32,000 nt of DNA from contig NC_016893.1 in the NCBI RefSeq assembly GCF_000247565.1, positions 240,001-272,000 on the forward strand. The letters run 5' to 3'. The notes beneath the pieces were generated by a model. The model was not told the origin of the DNA and did no database searches. It worked only from the letters and a program-made list of their open reading frames with translations. The translations under genes and the position numbers were made by a program. Numbering within the stretch: position 1 is the first letter of the stretch; each line of letters begins with the position of its first letter. This document shows positions 1 through 12,361 of this stretch, piece after piece. This DNA is from Wigglesworthia glossinidia endosymbiont of Glossina morsitans morsitans (Yale colony) (GTDB lineage: Bacteria; Pseudomonadota; Gammaproteobacteria; Enterobacterales; Enterobacteriaceae).

Positions 1-71
1 TCATTTATTTGATGTAATTTTGCATCAGAAATAGTATTCACTATTTTTGAAAAAATATTATAATCGATCAT
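1..71 (-). CDS. 5' end of an ORF translationally coupled to murB (biotin-protein ligase BirA by synteny only; runs off the window)
   Basis: The ATG at 71..69 overlaps the murB TGA stop (70..68) as ATGA. As I recall, E. coli murB-birA has the same 4-nt overlap. Only 23 codons are visible (MIDYNIFSKIVNTISDAKLHQIN), which is too short to judge homology. Confidence 0.3.
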   Translation of the reverse strand, partial: MIDYNIFSKIVNTISDAKLHQIN

Positions 72-1084
72 GTTATGATTTTTGACGAATCAATCTTTCC
101 TTGTTTTGATATAAATTGTACTTCTGACTCTAGTAGGATAAAAAATTTATTTTTGACTTTAAGAAAAATATAATGCGCTAAATTTAAAATTTCATATCCA
201 GTAGCAAATCCGGTATTTATAATAATTGCTGCCTGCTTATGATGCACCGCAGCTCTACCAAGACGAAATCCTTTTAATCCGCAACTATCAATCATCCACC
301 CCGCTGAAAACTTAAATTTATTATGAATAAAATTAAAACAAGGTGCATGAGGATATTTATTTAATATATCTTTTGTTTTTTGGATAGAAATTACAGGATT
401 TTTAAAGAAACTACCAGCGTTTCCAAAATGTTTAGGATTAGGAATTTTTTTTTGTCTAAGCCAACAAACAATTTTATATATTTGACGGGGAGTTACTAAT
501 TGTTTCCTTAGATAAGATAATCCAGAATAATTTAAACAAGCTTTCCATTTTTTTTTTAGCTGTAATCCGATCGCAACTATTGAGTAGTTATAAAAATATT
601 TGGTATTAAATATACTTGATCTATATCCAAAACTACAATCTTTAACATGTAATCGAATTTTTTTTCCTGTTTCTAACAATAATATATCTACGTACGTACA
701 TATCTGAGAAAGTTCCATTCCGTATGCTCCAATGTTTTGAATTGGAGCAGCTCCGACATAACCTGGAATTAAAGCTAAATTTTCAAGTCCTGGTATTTTT
801 CTTTTTAAGCACATAGTAACAATATTATTCCATACTTCTCCTGCGCATACATGTATGTTCCATGAAGATATGTTTTCAATAATTTTAAAACCTCGGATTC
901 TATTTAATATGATTATACCTTGATAGTATTTTTCTAAAAATAACACATTGCTCCCGGATCCAAGAAACAAAATAGGGTACTTATGCGCTAATTTTTGCCA
1001 TGTATTTATTAATTCGATTTCAGAAAAAACAGGAATTATTTTTTTTGCAATAACGTTAATAAAAAAAGTATTAAAAATTTTTAT
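68..1084 (-). CDS. murB: UDP-N-acetylenolpyruvoylglucosamine reductase MurB
   Basis: The track ORF 68..970 (TTG start) aligns along its length with E. coli MurB (GSGSNVLF, PGLENLALIPG, PIQNIGAYG, NAGSFFKNP, AAGWMID). Homology continues in frame upstream (IKIFNTFFINVIAKKIIPVFSEIELINTWQKLAHKYPIL vs E. coli [30 protein letters not shown]) as far as a TAA at 1087..1085. The real start is therefore probably ATA 1084..1082 or ATT 1078..1076. GGAG lies at 1095..1092. The gene ends with TGA. Confidence 0.9.
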   Translation of the reverse strand: MKIFNTFFINVIAKKIIPVFSEIELINTWQKLAHKYPILFLGSGSNVLFLEKYYQGIIILNRIRGFKIIENISSWNIHVCAGEVWNNIVTMCLKRKIPGLENLALIPGYVGAAPIQNIGAYGMELSQICTYVDILLLETGKKIRLHVKDCSFGYRSSIFNTKYFYNYSIVAIGLQLKKKWKACLNYSGLSYLRKQLVTPRQIYKIVCWLRQKKIPNPKHFGNAGSFFKNPVISIQKTKDILNKYPHAPCFNFIHNKFKFSAGWMIDSCGLKGFRLGRAAVHHKQAAIIINTGFATGYEILNLAHYIFLKVKNKFFILLESEVQFISKQGKIDSSKIIT

Positions 1085-1428
1085 TTATTTTCTCCAAATT
1101 AAATTTTTAATTTATTTAAATACAATTCATAAGAAATATAAGTTCGCCTTAAATAAATAATAGTTTGCAGGCATATTAGATATTTTTTATGCGAAATCGA
1201 ATTAGTATTTAAATTTTTTTATACTATAAATTTTAATTTACTGCAATTAAATATTAAAAATTTTTCATTATTTTATTTTTAAAAAAATTTTAAATGATCG
1301 TAATTGATAAATTATAAATATTCGTTTGAAATTTTTATGCATTAAAAATTTTATTGAATTAATTTTGCTATTTTTGAAAATTAATGATGTAATTATAGTG
1401 CGTAATTACTTCAACATAAAGTTTATTT

Positions 1429-3015
1429 ATGAAATTATCACTACGTAATGTTCAATGTGCACTTTTAAGTGTTTCAAATAAAACTGGAATTTTATTATTA
1501 GCACAAAATCTTGTTAAATATAACATAAAATTAGTTGCTACAAGCGGCACCGCAAAATATTTATCAAAACATGGTATTTCAGTAATTTCAGTTTCTGAAT
1601 ATATTGATTATCCAGAAATATTGAACGGAAAAATAAAAACACTACATCCTAAAATACATGCAGGTATTTTAAGCAATGATAGCGATCAAATTAATTGCTC
1701 TGATCGTAATTATTTTAAAATAGATATGGTAGTAACTAATTTTTATCCATTTTCTGAAGCAATTGAAAAAAATTATAAGATTACAGACATTTTGGAATAT
1801 ATTGACATTGGAGGGCTCGCTTTAGCAAGATCTGCAGCAAAAAATTATCGATGTGTAACTGTTTTAGTTGATCACAAACAATATCCTATGATAATTGAAG
1901 AGATGCATAGATTTTCTGGATCAACTAGCGTTCAGACTAGATTCTATTTGGCGATTATAGCATTTTCTTACACTTACAACTATGATAAAAAAATTTTTAA
2001 TTATTTTAACGAACAATATACGAAAATAAATAAAAATCAAATTCATTTAAAAAACAATAATTTTCCATATTTAATTTCTTCAATATTCCTTAAAAAGGAA
2101 GATATGAGATACGGAGAAAATCAGCACCAAAAATCGGCATTTTACACAGATACACAAGTATATCCTGGAACGGTATCTTATGCCAATCAAAAACAAGGAA
2201 AAAAATTATCATATAATAATATTATTGATGCCGATATAGCTATTGCATGTGTAATGAGTTTTGAAGAAATTGCTTGTGTGATTGTTAAACATGCCGTTCC
2301 ATGCAGTGTAGCTATATCAAATAATCTTGTTAATGCTTACAGCATAGCATATTCGTCAGACCCGTCTTCTTCGTTTGGAGGAATTATTGCTTTTAATAAA
2401 CCTTTAGACATTCAAACAGCTAGAATAATTACAAAACATCAATTTTCAGAATTAATTATTGCGCCAGTTATAGAAAAAAATGCCTTAACTGTATTAAAAG
2501 CTTATAAAAATATACGTGTTTTAGAATGCGGATATTTTGTCGAAAAATTTTCTTTAGAATTTAAAAGAGTTCACTGTGGTCTATTAGTACAGGAATATGA
2601 CAACTGTAATTTAAAAAAAAATAATTTAAATGTTGTAACAAACAAAATTCCTAGCACGTTAGAAGTTCAAAACGCCTTATTTTTATGGAAAATTATTAAA
2701 TTTGTAAAATCTAATGCTATTATTTATGGTAAAAATCAACAAACTTTAGGTATTGGATCAGGTCAATCTAGTAGAATATTCGCAGCTAAAGTAGCTTTTT
2801 ATAAAGCCCAAGAACAAAAATTTGATTTGCATCAAGCTATTATGGCTTCAGATGGATTTTTCCCATTCAGAGATACAGTTGATTTTGCTGCAAAATTAGG
2901 AATTTCTTGTATTATTCAACCAGGAGGTTCTATACACGATTTAAAAATTATTGCAGCTGCTAATGAACATAATATGTCAATGATTTTTACTAATGTGAGA
3001 TGTTTTCGTCATTAA
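1429..3015 (+). CDS. purH: bifunctional AICAR formyltransferase / IMP cyclohydrolase PurH
   Basis: 528 aa, matching the length and sequence of PurH (ALLSVSNKTG, KTLHPKIHAGIL, final FRH). It is followed 15 nt later by purD, as in the enterobacterial purHD operon. Confidence 0.95.
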   Translation: MKLSLRNVQCALLSVSNKTGILLLAQNLVKYNIKLVATSGTAKYLSKHGISVISVSEYIDYPEILNGKIKTLHPKIHAGILSNDSDQINCSDRNYFKIDMVVTNFYPFSEAIEKNYKITDILEYIDIGGLALARSAAKNYRCVTVLVDHKQYPMIIEEMHRFSGSTSVQTRFYLAIIAFSYTYNYDKKIFNYFNEQYTKINKNQIHLKNNNFPYLISSIFLKKEDMRYGENQHQKSAFYTDTQVYPGTVSYANQKQGKKLSYNNIIDADIAIACVMSFEEIACVIVKHAVPCSVAISNNLVNAYSIAYSSDPSSSFGGIIAFNKPLDIQTARIITKHQFSELIIAPVIEKNALTVLKAYKNIRVLECGYFVEKFSLEFKRVHCGLLVQEYDNCNLKKNNLNVVTNKIPSTLEVQNALFLWKIIKFVKSNAIIYGKNQQTLGIGSGQSSRIFAAKVAFYKAQEQKFDLHQAIMASDGFFPFRDTVDFAAKLGISCIIQPGGSIHDLKIIAAANEHNMSMIFTNVRCFRH

Positions 3016-3030
3016 ATAATTGGAAATTGT

Positions 3031-4332
3031 ATGAAAATACTTGTTATAGGTAGTGGAGGAAGAGAGCACGCAATATCGTGGAAAATTGCACAATCTTCAG
3101 AAGTAAAAAAGATATATGTAGCACCTGGAAACGGAGGAACATTCTTAGAACCTAAATTACGAAATATAAACATTGCTTCAGTTGATATTCAAAAATTAAT
3201 ATCTTTTGCAAAAGAGAAAAGAATCTTATTTACTATAGTTGGACCAGAAGAGCCTTTATATTATGGCATCGTAGATGCTTTTATGTCCGAAAATCTATTA
3301 ATTTTTGGACCTACCAAATTTGCTGCACAATTAGAAACTTCTAAAGTTTTTGCTAAAAAATTTTTAAAAAAATATAATATTCCTAGCGCAAAATATAAAA
3401 TATTTTATAATAAAGATTCTGCTATACAATATGTAAAAAAGAAAAAATTTCCAATAGTAATTAAAGCTGACGGTTTATCCTTTGGCAAAGGTGTCAAAAT
3501 AGCGTACAATGTAGAAGAGGCAGAAAAATTTATTGAAGATGTTTTGATTAATAAAATTTTTAATATTTCAGAATCTTCAATATTGATAGAAGAAATGTTA
3601 TACGGAGAAGAAATTAGCTTCACTTTAATTATTAATAAAACTAGTATTATGCCACTCGCTATATCTCAAGATCATAAGCGTGTTGGATCAGGAGATATCG
3701 GAAATAATACAGGTGGAATGGGAGCTTATTCTCCAGTATCATTAGTAACATATAAGATATATCATAAAATTATGCAAAATATTATATATCCTACAATTTC
3801 AGGGATGATTAAGGAAAATCTTATTTATACTGGAATATTATATGTAGGTATATTAATTGATAAAAATTTTCAACCATATGTTATTGAATTTAACTGTCGA
3901 TTTGGAGATCCAGAGGCTCAAACAATTTTGTTTAGAATGAAATCTGATTTTTTGTCACATATCTTATCTGCTATTTTTGGAAATTTAGATACACAAAGCG
4001 TTGAATTAGATTATCGATATTCTATGGGATTAATATTAGCTACTTCTAATTATCCTGAATCATATCCTATTGGATTAAATATTTCTGGATTATTTTCTCA
4101 AAATACGACAAGCGAATCGAAAATATTCCACTGCGCTACTAAAATCAATCAAAAACAAATTATTACAAATGGTGGTAGAGTGCTATGCGTTACATCTTTA
4201 GGAAATTCTATTGAAAATTTACAAGAAATCACAAATGGTATTGCAAAATTAGTTCATTGGAACGGTAAATTTTTTAGAAAAGATATTGGTCATCGCGAAA
4301 AATTTTATTGTACTTCAGATAAAAAGATATAA
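3031..4332 (+). CDS. purD: phosphoribosylamine-glycine ligase PurD
   Basis: 433 aa. Has [14 protein letters not shown] at the N-terminus and the ATP-grasp core [10 protein letters not shown], and sits in operon position after purH. Confidence 0.95.
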   Translation: MKILVIGSGGREHAISWKIAQSSEVKKIYVAPGNGGTFLEPKLRNINIASVDIQKLISFAKEKRILFTIVGPEEPLYYGIVDAFMSENLLIFGPTKFAAQLETSKVFAKKFLKKYNIPSAKYKIFYNKDSAIQYVKKKKFPIVIKADGLSFGKGVKIAYNVEEAEKFIEDVLINKIFNISESSILIEEMLYGEEISFTLIINKTSIMPLAISQDHKRVGSGDIGNNTGGMGAYSPVSLVTYKIYHKIMQNIIYPTISGMIKENLIYTGILYVGILIDKNFQPYVIEFNCRFGDPEAQTILFRMKSDFLSHILSAIFGNLDTQSVELDYRYSMGLILATSNYPESYPIGLNISGLFSQNTTSESKIFHCATKINQKQIITNGGRVLCVTSLGNSIENLQEITNGIAKLVHWNGKFFRKDIGHREKFYCTSDKKI

Positions 4333-4358
4333 AAATTTTCAAAATACAACTACTTAAT

Positions 4359-4388
4359 ACGACTCTTCTTTGTTAAAAGAAGAGTCGT
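4359..4388. terminator. bidirectional stem-loop terminator between convergent purD and hupA
   Basis: Perfect 12-bp stem acgactcttctt (4359..4370) / aagaagagtcgt (4377..4388) with the 6-nt loop tgttaa. It is the only GC-containing structure in the 77-bp convergent spacer. Confidence 0.7.
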
Positions 4389-4409
4389 TATACTTTTATG
4401 CAATTGTAT

Positions 4410-4682
4410 TTATTTCACTGCTTCTTTTAATGTTTTTCCAGAAACAAACATAGGAACATTTGCAGCTGCAATTTTTATTTCTTTTCCCGTTTGTGGATTT
4501 CTACCTATTCTAGCATTTCTTCTATGAATTTTAAAAGTACCAAAGCCAATTAACTGTACCGCATTACCTGCTTTTAAAGATGTGATAATAGCTTCTAAAG
4601 TGGATTCTAAAGCAGCTTTTGCTTTAATTTTAGGTAAATCAGTTTTATTAGCAATAACATCAATTAGTTGTGTTTTATTCAT
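4410..4682 (-). CDS. hupA: DNA-binding protein HU-alpha
   Basis: 90 aa, near-identical to E. coli HupA over long stretches ([11 protein letters not shown]..., [32 protein letters not shown]). Its synteny with purHD and hemE favours hupA over hupB. Confidence 0.93.
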   Translation of the reverse strand: MNKTQLIDVIANKTDLPKIKAKAALESTLEAIITSLKAGNAVQLIGFGTFKIHRRNARIGRNPQTGKEIKIAAANVPMFVSGKTLKEAVK

Positions 4683-5051
4683 TATAGTATTACCTTTATG
4701 TTTTGCGATTAAATAAACATTAGAATTTAATAATAAAATAAATTTTTAATTTTTATTCAATAGATATAAGTTTATTATTAAATTTAATATTTATTAAATA
4801 TAATTTTTTAAATCATTTACTTTTTGTATTTTTTAGTGATCAATATTAAAAATTATTTTTTATTTAATATTAAATTTTAATGATGTTCGCAAATAACATA
4901 GCTTATCATAAATTATTTTTAAAGAAATTTTTCTTACTGTTTAACAGAGAATATTAATATAAATTTTATGTATTATATTATAAATATAATATTTGAATTA
5001 TTATTTTAATATTTTATTAAAAATATAATATTCATAAAAAACAATTATATA

Positions 5052-6125
5052 TTAATATATTTTTTGATGATATTTTTGAGATAATTGATGCACAGAATCA
5101 ACTAAAAATTTTACTTTTTTTGGATCAGTATCTGGCAATATACCGTGTCCAAGACTAAATATATGACCTTCTCTAAATCCAAATCGAGATAAAATTAAAT
5201 CAGTTTCTTTTTGAATATAATTTTCTTCAGCGTATAAAACATGAGGATCCATATTTCCTTGTAAAGCAACATATTTTCCAACTTTTTTAAGAGCTTTTTG
5301 AATATCAACACTCCAATCTAAAGCAATAACGTCACATCCAGATGAAACAATGTCTTTTAGCCAAGCATTAGCATTTTTTGTAAAAACTGTTACAGGGATT
5401 TTATATTCATTTTTTATAAGAGATAATTGTTTTATTATTTTTTGGATATAAAATAAGGAAAACTTTTTGTATTTTTTTCGATTTAATATTCCACCCCAAG
5501 TATCAAAAATTACAATAGCACTAACTCCGGCGTTAATTTGTGCATTTAAATATAAAATCACAGAATCTGTAAGTTTTTTTAGTAAAAAATGTAAATCTTT
5601 AGGATTTTCATATAACATTTTTTTTATTTTGGAAAAATTTTTTTTTGCGTTTCCTTCTATCATATAGCATGCTAAAGTCCAAGGACTGCCGGAAAATCCG
5701 ATTAATGGAATTTTGTAAGAAATTTCATGACATACTATTTTAATAATTTTTAAAACATAATTCATATGTTCTTCAGGATGTGGAACAATTAATTTCTCCA
5801 TATCAAAACGTGATTTAATAGGATTGAGAAAACAAGGACCAAAATCATTTAAAAAAGTTAGATTCATTCCCATAGCGTATGGTACAATTAAAATGTCTGA
5901 AAATAAAATAGCTGCATCTAAAGAAAAAAGATTTATTGGCAATAATGTTGCTTGACTAGCTAATTCCACGTTTAAACATAAAGATAAAAAATCTCCGGCT
6001 TTCTTTTTAATATTTTGATATTCAGGCAAATATCTACCGGACTGACGCATAATCCAAATTGGTGTTTTATTGACTTTTTTTCGAAATGCTGCTTTTAAAT
6101 AACAATCATTTTTGAAAATTTGCAT
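5052..6125 (-). CDS. hemE: uroporphyrinogen decarboxylase HemE
   Basis: 357 aa. The N-terminal PIWIMRQSGRYLPEY motif and overall colinearity match HemE. It lies between hupA and the thi operon, as in E. coli. Confidence 0.93.
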   Translation of the reverse strand: MQIFKNDCYLKAAFRKKVNKTPIWIMRQSGRYLPEYQNIKKKAGDFLSLCLNVELASQATLLPINLFSLDAAILFSDILIVPYAMGMNLTFLNDFGPCFLNPIKSRFDMEKLIVPHPEEHMNYVLKIIKIVCHEISYKIPLIGFSGSPWTLACYMIEGNAKKNFSKIKKMLYENPKDLHFLLKKLTDSVILYLNAQINAGVSAIVIFDTWGGILNRKKYKKFSLFYIQKIIKQLSLIKNEYKIPVTVFTKNANAWLKDIVSSGCDVIALDWSVDIQKALKKVGKYVALQGNMDPHVLYAEENYIQKETDLILSRFGFREGHIFSLGHGILPDTDPKKVKFLVDSVHQLSQKYHQKIY

Positions 6126-6390
6126 GATAAATTCCGTATTCGTATTTTTTATTTTGTAAAAAAAATAATTAAATTTTGTACATATTTAGTAGATGTATAA
6201 AAAAAATAAATAATTTTTAATTTTTCTTGCAAAAAAAAAATTTAGTGGCAATATATAAATTATACAATACTCATTTAGTTTATAATAAAAATATTATTCA
6301 GCTTATTTTAATTTATAAAAATTAAAAAAATAAAAAATATAATGCAATTTTTTTATTTTGATTCAAGTTAATAAGATTCTAAATAATTAA

Positions 6391-8926
<2,536 letters not shown>

Positions 8927-8963
8927 AAAATATTAAATATTAAAAATTTAATGAAAATAAAAA

Positions 8964-9713
8964 ATGAATGATATAAGTAACATAAACTTTTTACGATATA
9001 GCCGTCAAATTCTTTTAAAAGAAATAGGAATATCTGGACAAAAAAAATTAGAATGCTCCAAGATTTTAATAATAGGTTTAGGAGGAATAGGATCTTCTGC
9101 ATCTATTTATTTAGCATCTGCAGGGATTGGTACTTTATTGTTAGCGGATTATGATTTGATAGAAATTTCTAATTTGCATAGACAAATATTATATTCCACA
9201 TATGATATAAAAAAAAGTAAAGCTAATGTTGCTAAACATAAATTATTCAATCACAATCAATCTACTAAATATTTTGCAATAAAAAAAAAATTAAATAAGA
9301 AAAATATACACAAATATATAAATTATTCAGATTTAATTTTAGACTGTACAGATACAATGTATACTCGACAAATTATAAATTCTATATGTGTAAGTGAAAA
9401 TAAACCGTTAATTAGCGCTAGTGCTATAGGATTCAAAGGTCAACTATTATCAATTTGGCCACCATGAAAAAATGGATGCTATTCTTGTTTATTTACAGAT
9501 AAAACTGAAATACGACAAAATTGCCAAGAATACGGGGTTTTAGGACCAGTAGCAGGATTAATGGGAATCTTGCAAGCATTAGAAGCAATTAAATTTATTA
9601 TTGGAATACATGACAAGCGTGAAAAAATAAAAATGTTTAACGGCAAAACGTTGCAATTAACAACATTAAAATTAACAAAAAATAAACATTGTACTGTTTG
9701 TATGAAACAGTAA
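8964..9713 (+). CDS. thiF: ThiS adenylyltransferase ThiF, interrupted by one in-frame TGA at 9465..9467 (readthrough gene or very recent pseudogene)
   Basis: The track ORF 8964..9467 (167 aa) carries the N-terminal Rossmann motif (YSRQILL, IIGLGGIGS). The same frame continues after the TGA for 81 more codons (KNGCYSCLFTD...GVLGPVAGLMGILQALEAIKFI...HCTVCMKQ) to TAA 9711..9713. This restores a 249-codon protein colinear with E. coli ThiF (251 aa), including both CxxC pairs. Confidence 0.8.
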
Positions 9714-9725
9714 GTTTAAATAAAT

Positions 9726-9926
9726 ATGAAAATTATACTAAATAACATCAAAACAGAAATAAATAACACAACTACACTTTTAGAGCTAGTTTCTATTTAT
9801 CAAAAAGAAACATTCGGATTAGCAATTGCAGTAAATGATGTTGTTATACCGAAAGAAAAATGGTCAATTTTTAAAATTAAAAATTATGATAATGTTGTTT
9901 TGTTCCAAGCTATAGCTGGAGGATAA
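9726..9926 (+). CDS. thiS: sulfur-carrier protein ThiS
   Basis: 66 aa with the C-terminal ...LFQAIAGG diglycine end typical of ThiS. Sits in operon position between thiF and thiG. Confidence 0.92.
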   Translation: MKIILNNIKTEINNTTTLLELVSIYQKETFGLAIAVNDVVIPKEKWSIFKIKNYDNVVLFQAIAGG

Positions 9927-10691
9927 ATGTTAAAAATAAACAATACTATATTTAAATCTAGATTATTTCTTGGAACAGGTAAATTTTCTTCTAATGAAAA
10001 AATGTTGCAATCAATATATGCATCTGAAAGCGAATTAGTAACACTATCTATACGTAGAATGGATTTAAATAACAAAACAGATGAATTTTTAAATGCATTA
10101 AATAAATCTAAAGTAAAATTATTACCGAATACGTCTGGTGCAAATAACGCTAAAGAAGCAATAATTGCCGCTAACTTAGCCAGAGAAGCATTACACACAA
10201 ATTGGATTAAATTAGAAATTCATCCGGAAAAAAAATATTTATTACCTGATCCTATAGAAACATTATATGCATCTGAAAAATTAGTTAAATCAGGATTTGT
10301 AGTATTACCATATTGCAGTCCAGATCCAGTTTTATGTCATAGACTTGAAGAAGTAGGATGTAGCGCAGTTATGCCTCTTGGTGCTCCAATTGGCAGTAAT
10401 CAAGGATTAGTAAGTCGTTATTTTTTAAATATTATTATTGAACAAATTCACATTCCAATTATTATCGATGCAGGAATTGGACAACCTAGTCATGCGATGG
10501 AAGCAATAGAAATGGGAGCAGATGCAGTGCTAGTAAATACTGCTATTGCCACAGCAAATGATCCGATAAGAATGGCAAAATGTTTTAAAACTGCTGTACA
10601 AGCAGCAGAAATGGCAAAAAAATCTGGATTTGCTAAAAAAAACTTATTTTCTGTCAAAAGCAGTCCATTGACTAAATTTCTTAATAATTAG
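9927..10691 (+). CDS. thiG: thiazole synthase ThiG
   Basis: 254 aa with [39 protein letters not shown] and [12 protein letters not shown]. The ATG directly abuts the thiS stop. Confidence 0.96.
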   Translation: MLKINNTIFKSRLFLGTGKFSSNEKMLQSIYASESELVTLSIRRMDLNNKTDEFLNALNKSKVKLLPNTSGANNAKEAIIAANLAREALHTNWIKLEIHPEKKYLLPDPIETLYASEKLVKSGFVVLPYCSPDPVLCHRLEEVGCSAVMPLGAPIGSNQGLVSRYFLNIIIEQIHIPIIIDAGIGQPSHAMEAIEMGADAVLVNTAIATANDPIRMAKCFKTAVQAAEMAKKSGFAKKNLFSVKSSPLTKFLNN

Positions 10692-10699
10692 AGAAAAAT

Positions 10700-11818
10700 A
10701 TGCAAAGTTTTCAAAAAATTTGGGAAACGATTCAATGGAATAAAATCGCACATGAAATTTCTATATGCAAAGATTATAATGTTCAAAAAACACTATCAAA
10801 AAAAATTTTTTATCTGAATGATATTATACCTCTCTTATCAAAAGCGGCCGAACCATATTTAGAAGAATTATCTCAAATTGCTCAAAATTTAACTCATATA
10901 CGTTTTGGAAAAACTATTCGTTTTTTTGCACCATTATATCTTTCTAATTTTTGTGCGAATGATTGTACTTATTGTGGTTTTTCTATGAAAAATAAAATAC
11001 GTAGAAAAGTTTTAAATGAAAATGAAGTGCTACAAGAATGTAATAATATTCTTCAAAATAATATTAGTCATATATTATTAGTAAGCGGAGAACACGAAAA
11101 AATAGCTGGAATTGATTATTTTTCAAAAATTATTTTATTAATTCGTAAGAAATTTAGCTCTATTTTAATGGAAGTTCAACCTTTATCTGAACAAAATTAT
11201 TCAGTATTAAAAAATTTAGGTTTAGACGGCGTTATAATATATCAAGAAACATATAATATAAAATCATATAGTCAACATCACATACGTGGAAAAAAACAAA
11301 ATTTTTTTTGGAGATTACAAACTCCAGAAAGATTAGCTCAAACTAATATGGAAAAAATAGGTCTTGGTATACTTGTTGGTTTATCAAATAATTGGCGTGT
11401 AGATTGTTATTTTTTAGCATGTCATATTTACTATTTAAGAACGATATATTGGAAATCAAATTATTCAATATCTATTTTAAGATTACGACCATGTTTGAAT
11501 GGCATTCAACCATGTTCTATTATGACTGATCGAGAACTATTACAAGCTATGTGTGCATTTCGTATATTATTTCCAGAAATAGAAATTTCTTTATCTACTA
11601 GAGAATCAGAAAAGTTCCGCGATCATGTTGCTCCAATTTTAATTAACAATATTAGTGCTGGATCTAAAACACAACCTGGAGGCTATGTAACATCAAAAAC
11701 AGAACTGGAACAATTTTCTCCACAAGACCATCGTTCCCCTAAAGAGGTGGCTGATGTTCTTATAAAGAAAGGGTTGTCTATAATTTGGAAAGATTGGGAT
11801 TACTATTTAGGAAGATAA
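10700..11818 (+). CDS. thiH: 2-iminoacetate synthase (tyrosine lyase) ThiH, radical SAM
   Basis: 372 aa. Has the radical-SAM cluster motif CANDCTYCGF and is the last gene of the thiCEFSGH arrangement. Confidence 0.93.
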   Translation: MQSFQKIWETIQWNKIAHEISICKDYNVQKTLSKKIFYLNDIIPLLSKAAEPYLEELSQIAQNLTHIRFGKTIRFFAPLYLSNFCANDCTYCGFSMKNKIRRKVLNENEVLQECNNILQNNISHILLVSGEHEKIAGIDYFSKIILLIRKKFSSILMEVQPLSEQNYSVLKNLGLDGVIIYQETYNIKSYSQHHIRGKKQNFFWRLQTPERLAQTNMEKIGLGILVGLSNNWRVDCYFLACHIYYLRTIYWKSNYSISILRLRPCLNGIQPCSIMTDRELLQAMCAFRILFPEIEISLSTRESEKFRDHVAPILINNISAGSKTQPGGYVTSKTELEQFSPQDHRSPKEVADVLIKKGLSIIWKDWDYYLGR

Positions 11819-12012
11819 TAAAATAAAAAACAATTTTTAAATTTTATCAATTTTTTGAAGTTAACTTTCATTTTAAGTGTTACTTAAAAAGTTTTAAATA
11901 TAATAAAATTTCTGTATTGTAAAACATTTTAAATATTTTATAACATTTACTTTAAAAGTACATTTAATATTAAATATTTTTATGCAAAAAAAAACCAAAA
12001 ATAATCTTTGAA

Positions 12013-12330
12013 TTAATTTCTTAATCTTGGAGTTTTTAATTGTTTTTTAATAGATGCTGATAATTCATCCAATTTTGGTTGTTCCGGATGCACAGGGAAT
12101 ATTTCGTATCCTAATTGTGCTTCTGCCAGATAAGTATGCACTGGCTTGCCATCTTCATCTTCCATGACAACATAGTACCAAGGTGATGTGCGTAAACTAT
12201 CATCTGCAGAAATCTCTTCTAAAGACGGCTTTTCTAAAGAATACTCTGGATCTACATCGATTACTACTCCTAAGTATCCAAGCAATTTATGTCGCACTTG
12301 TTGTCCTATACCGAACTTACTTGCAATCAT
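12013..12330 (-). CDS. hspQ: heat-shock protein HspQ (YccV, hemimethylated-DNA-binding family)
   Basis: 105 aa. [47 protein letters not shown] and the terminal PRLRN match E. coli HspQ as I recall it. A strong SD, GGAGG, lies 5 nt before the ATG. Confidence 0.9.
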   Translation of the reverse strand: MIASKFGIGQQVRHKLLGYLGVVIDVDPEYSLEKPSLEEISADDSLRTSPWYYVVMEDEDGKPVHTYLAEAQLGYEIFPVHPEQPKLDELSASIKKQLKTPRLRN

Positions 12331-12361
12331 AAAACCTCCGGATAAATTAAATTTTGATATA

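Noticed and set aside
948-1160. 70-aa plus-strand ORF from the track
   Set aside because: It lies antisense to the conserved N-terminal part of murB and its ribosome-binding site. The sequence is low-complexity and Ile/Phe/Lys-rich with no recognisable homology.
1389-1409. gtaattatagtgcgtaattac repeat/palindrome just upstream of purH, considered as a PurR operator
   Set aside because: It does not match the PUR box (ACGCAAACGTTTGCGT). It is only a short duplicated AT-rich heptamer.
3405-3623. 72-aa minus-strand ORF inside purD
   Set aside because: It is antisense to a well-conserved part of purD. Shadow ORFs of this kind are typical.
5467-5667. 66-aa plus-strand ORF inside hemE. The same judgement applies to 7439..7636 (alternative frame of thiC) and 13995..14180 (antisense to glyA).
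   Set aside because: All are fully nested in strongly supported genes, have no homology I can recognise, and show composition typical of off-frame AT-rich translation.
9465-9467. Genome-wide reassignment of UGA to Trp (code 4), suggested by the thiF TGA falling on a Trp column
   Set aside because: murB (TGA at 68..70) and aroE (TGA at 17936..17938) terminate on TGA exactly where their E. coli homologues end. No other gene in the window has an internal TGA. A local readthrough or a nonsense mutation explains the data better.
9884-10198. 104-aa minus-strand ORF
   Set aside because: It is antisense to the thiS 3' end and the conserved thiG 5' region, so it is a shadow ORF.
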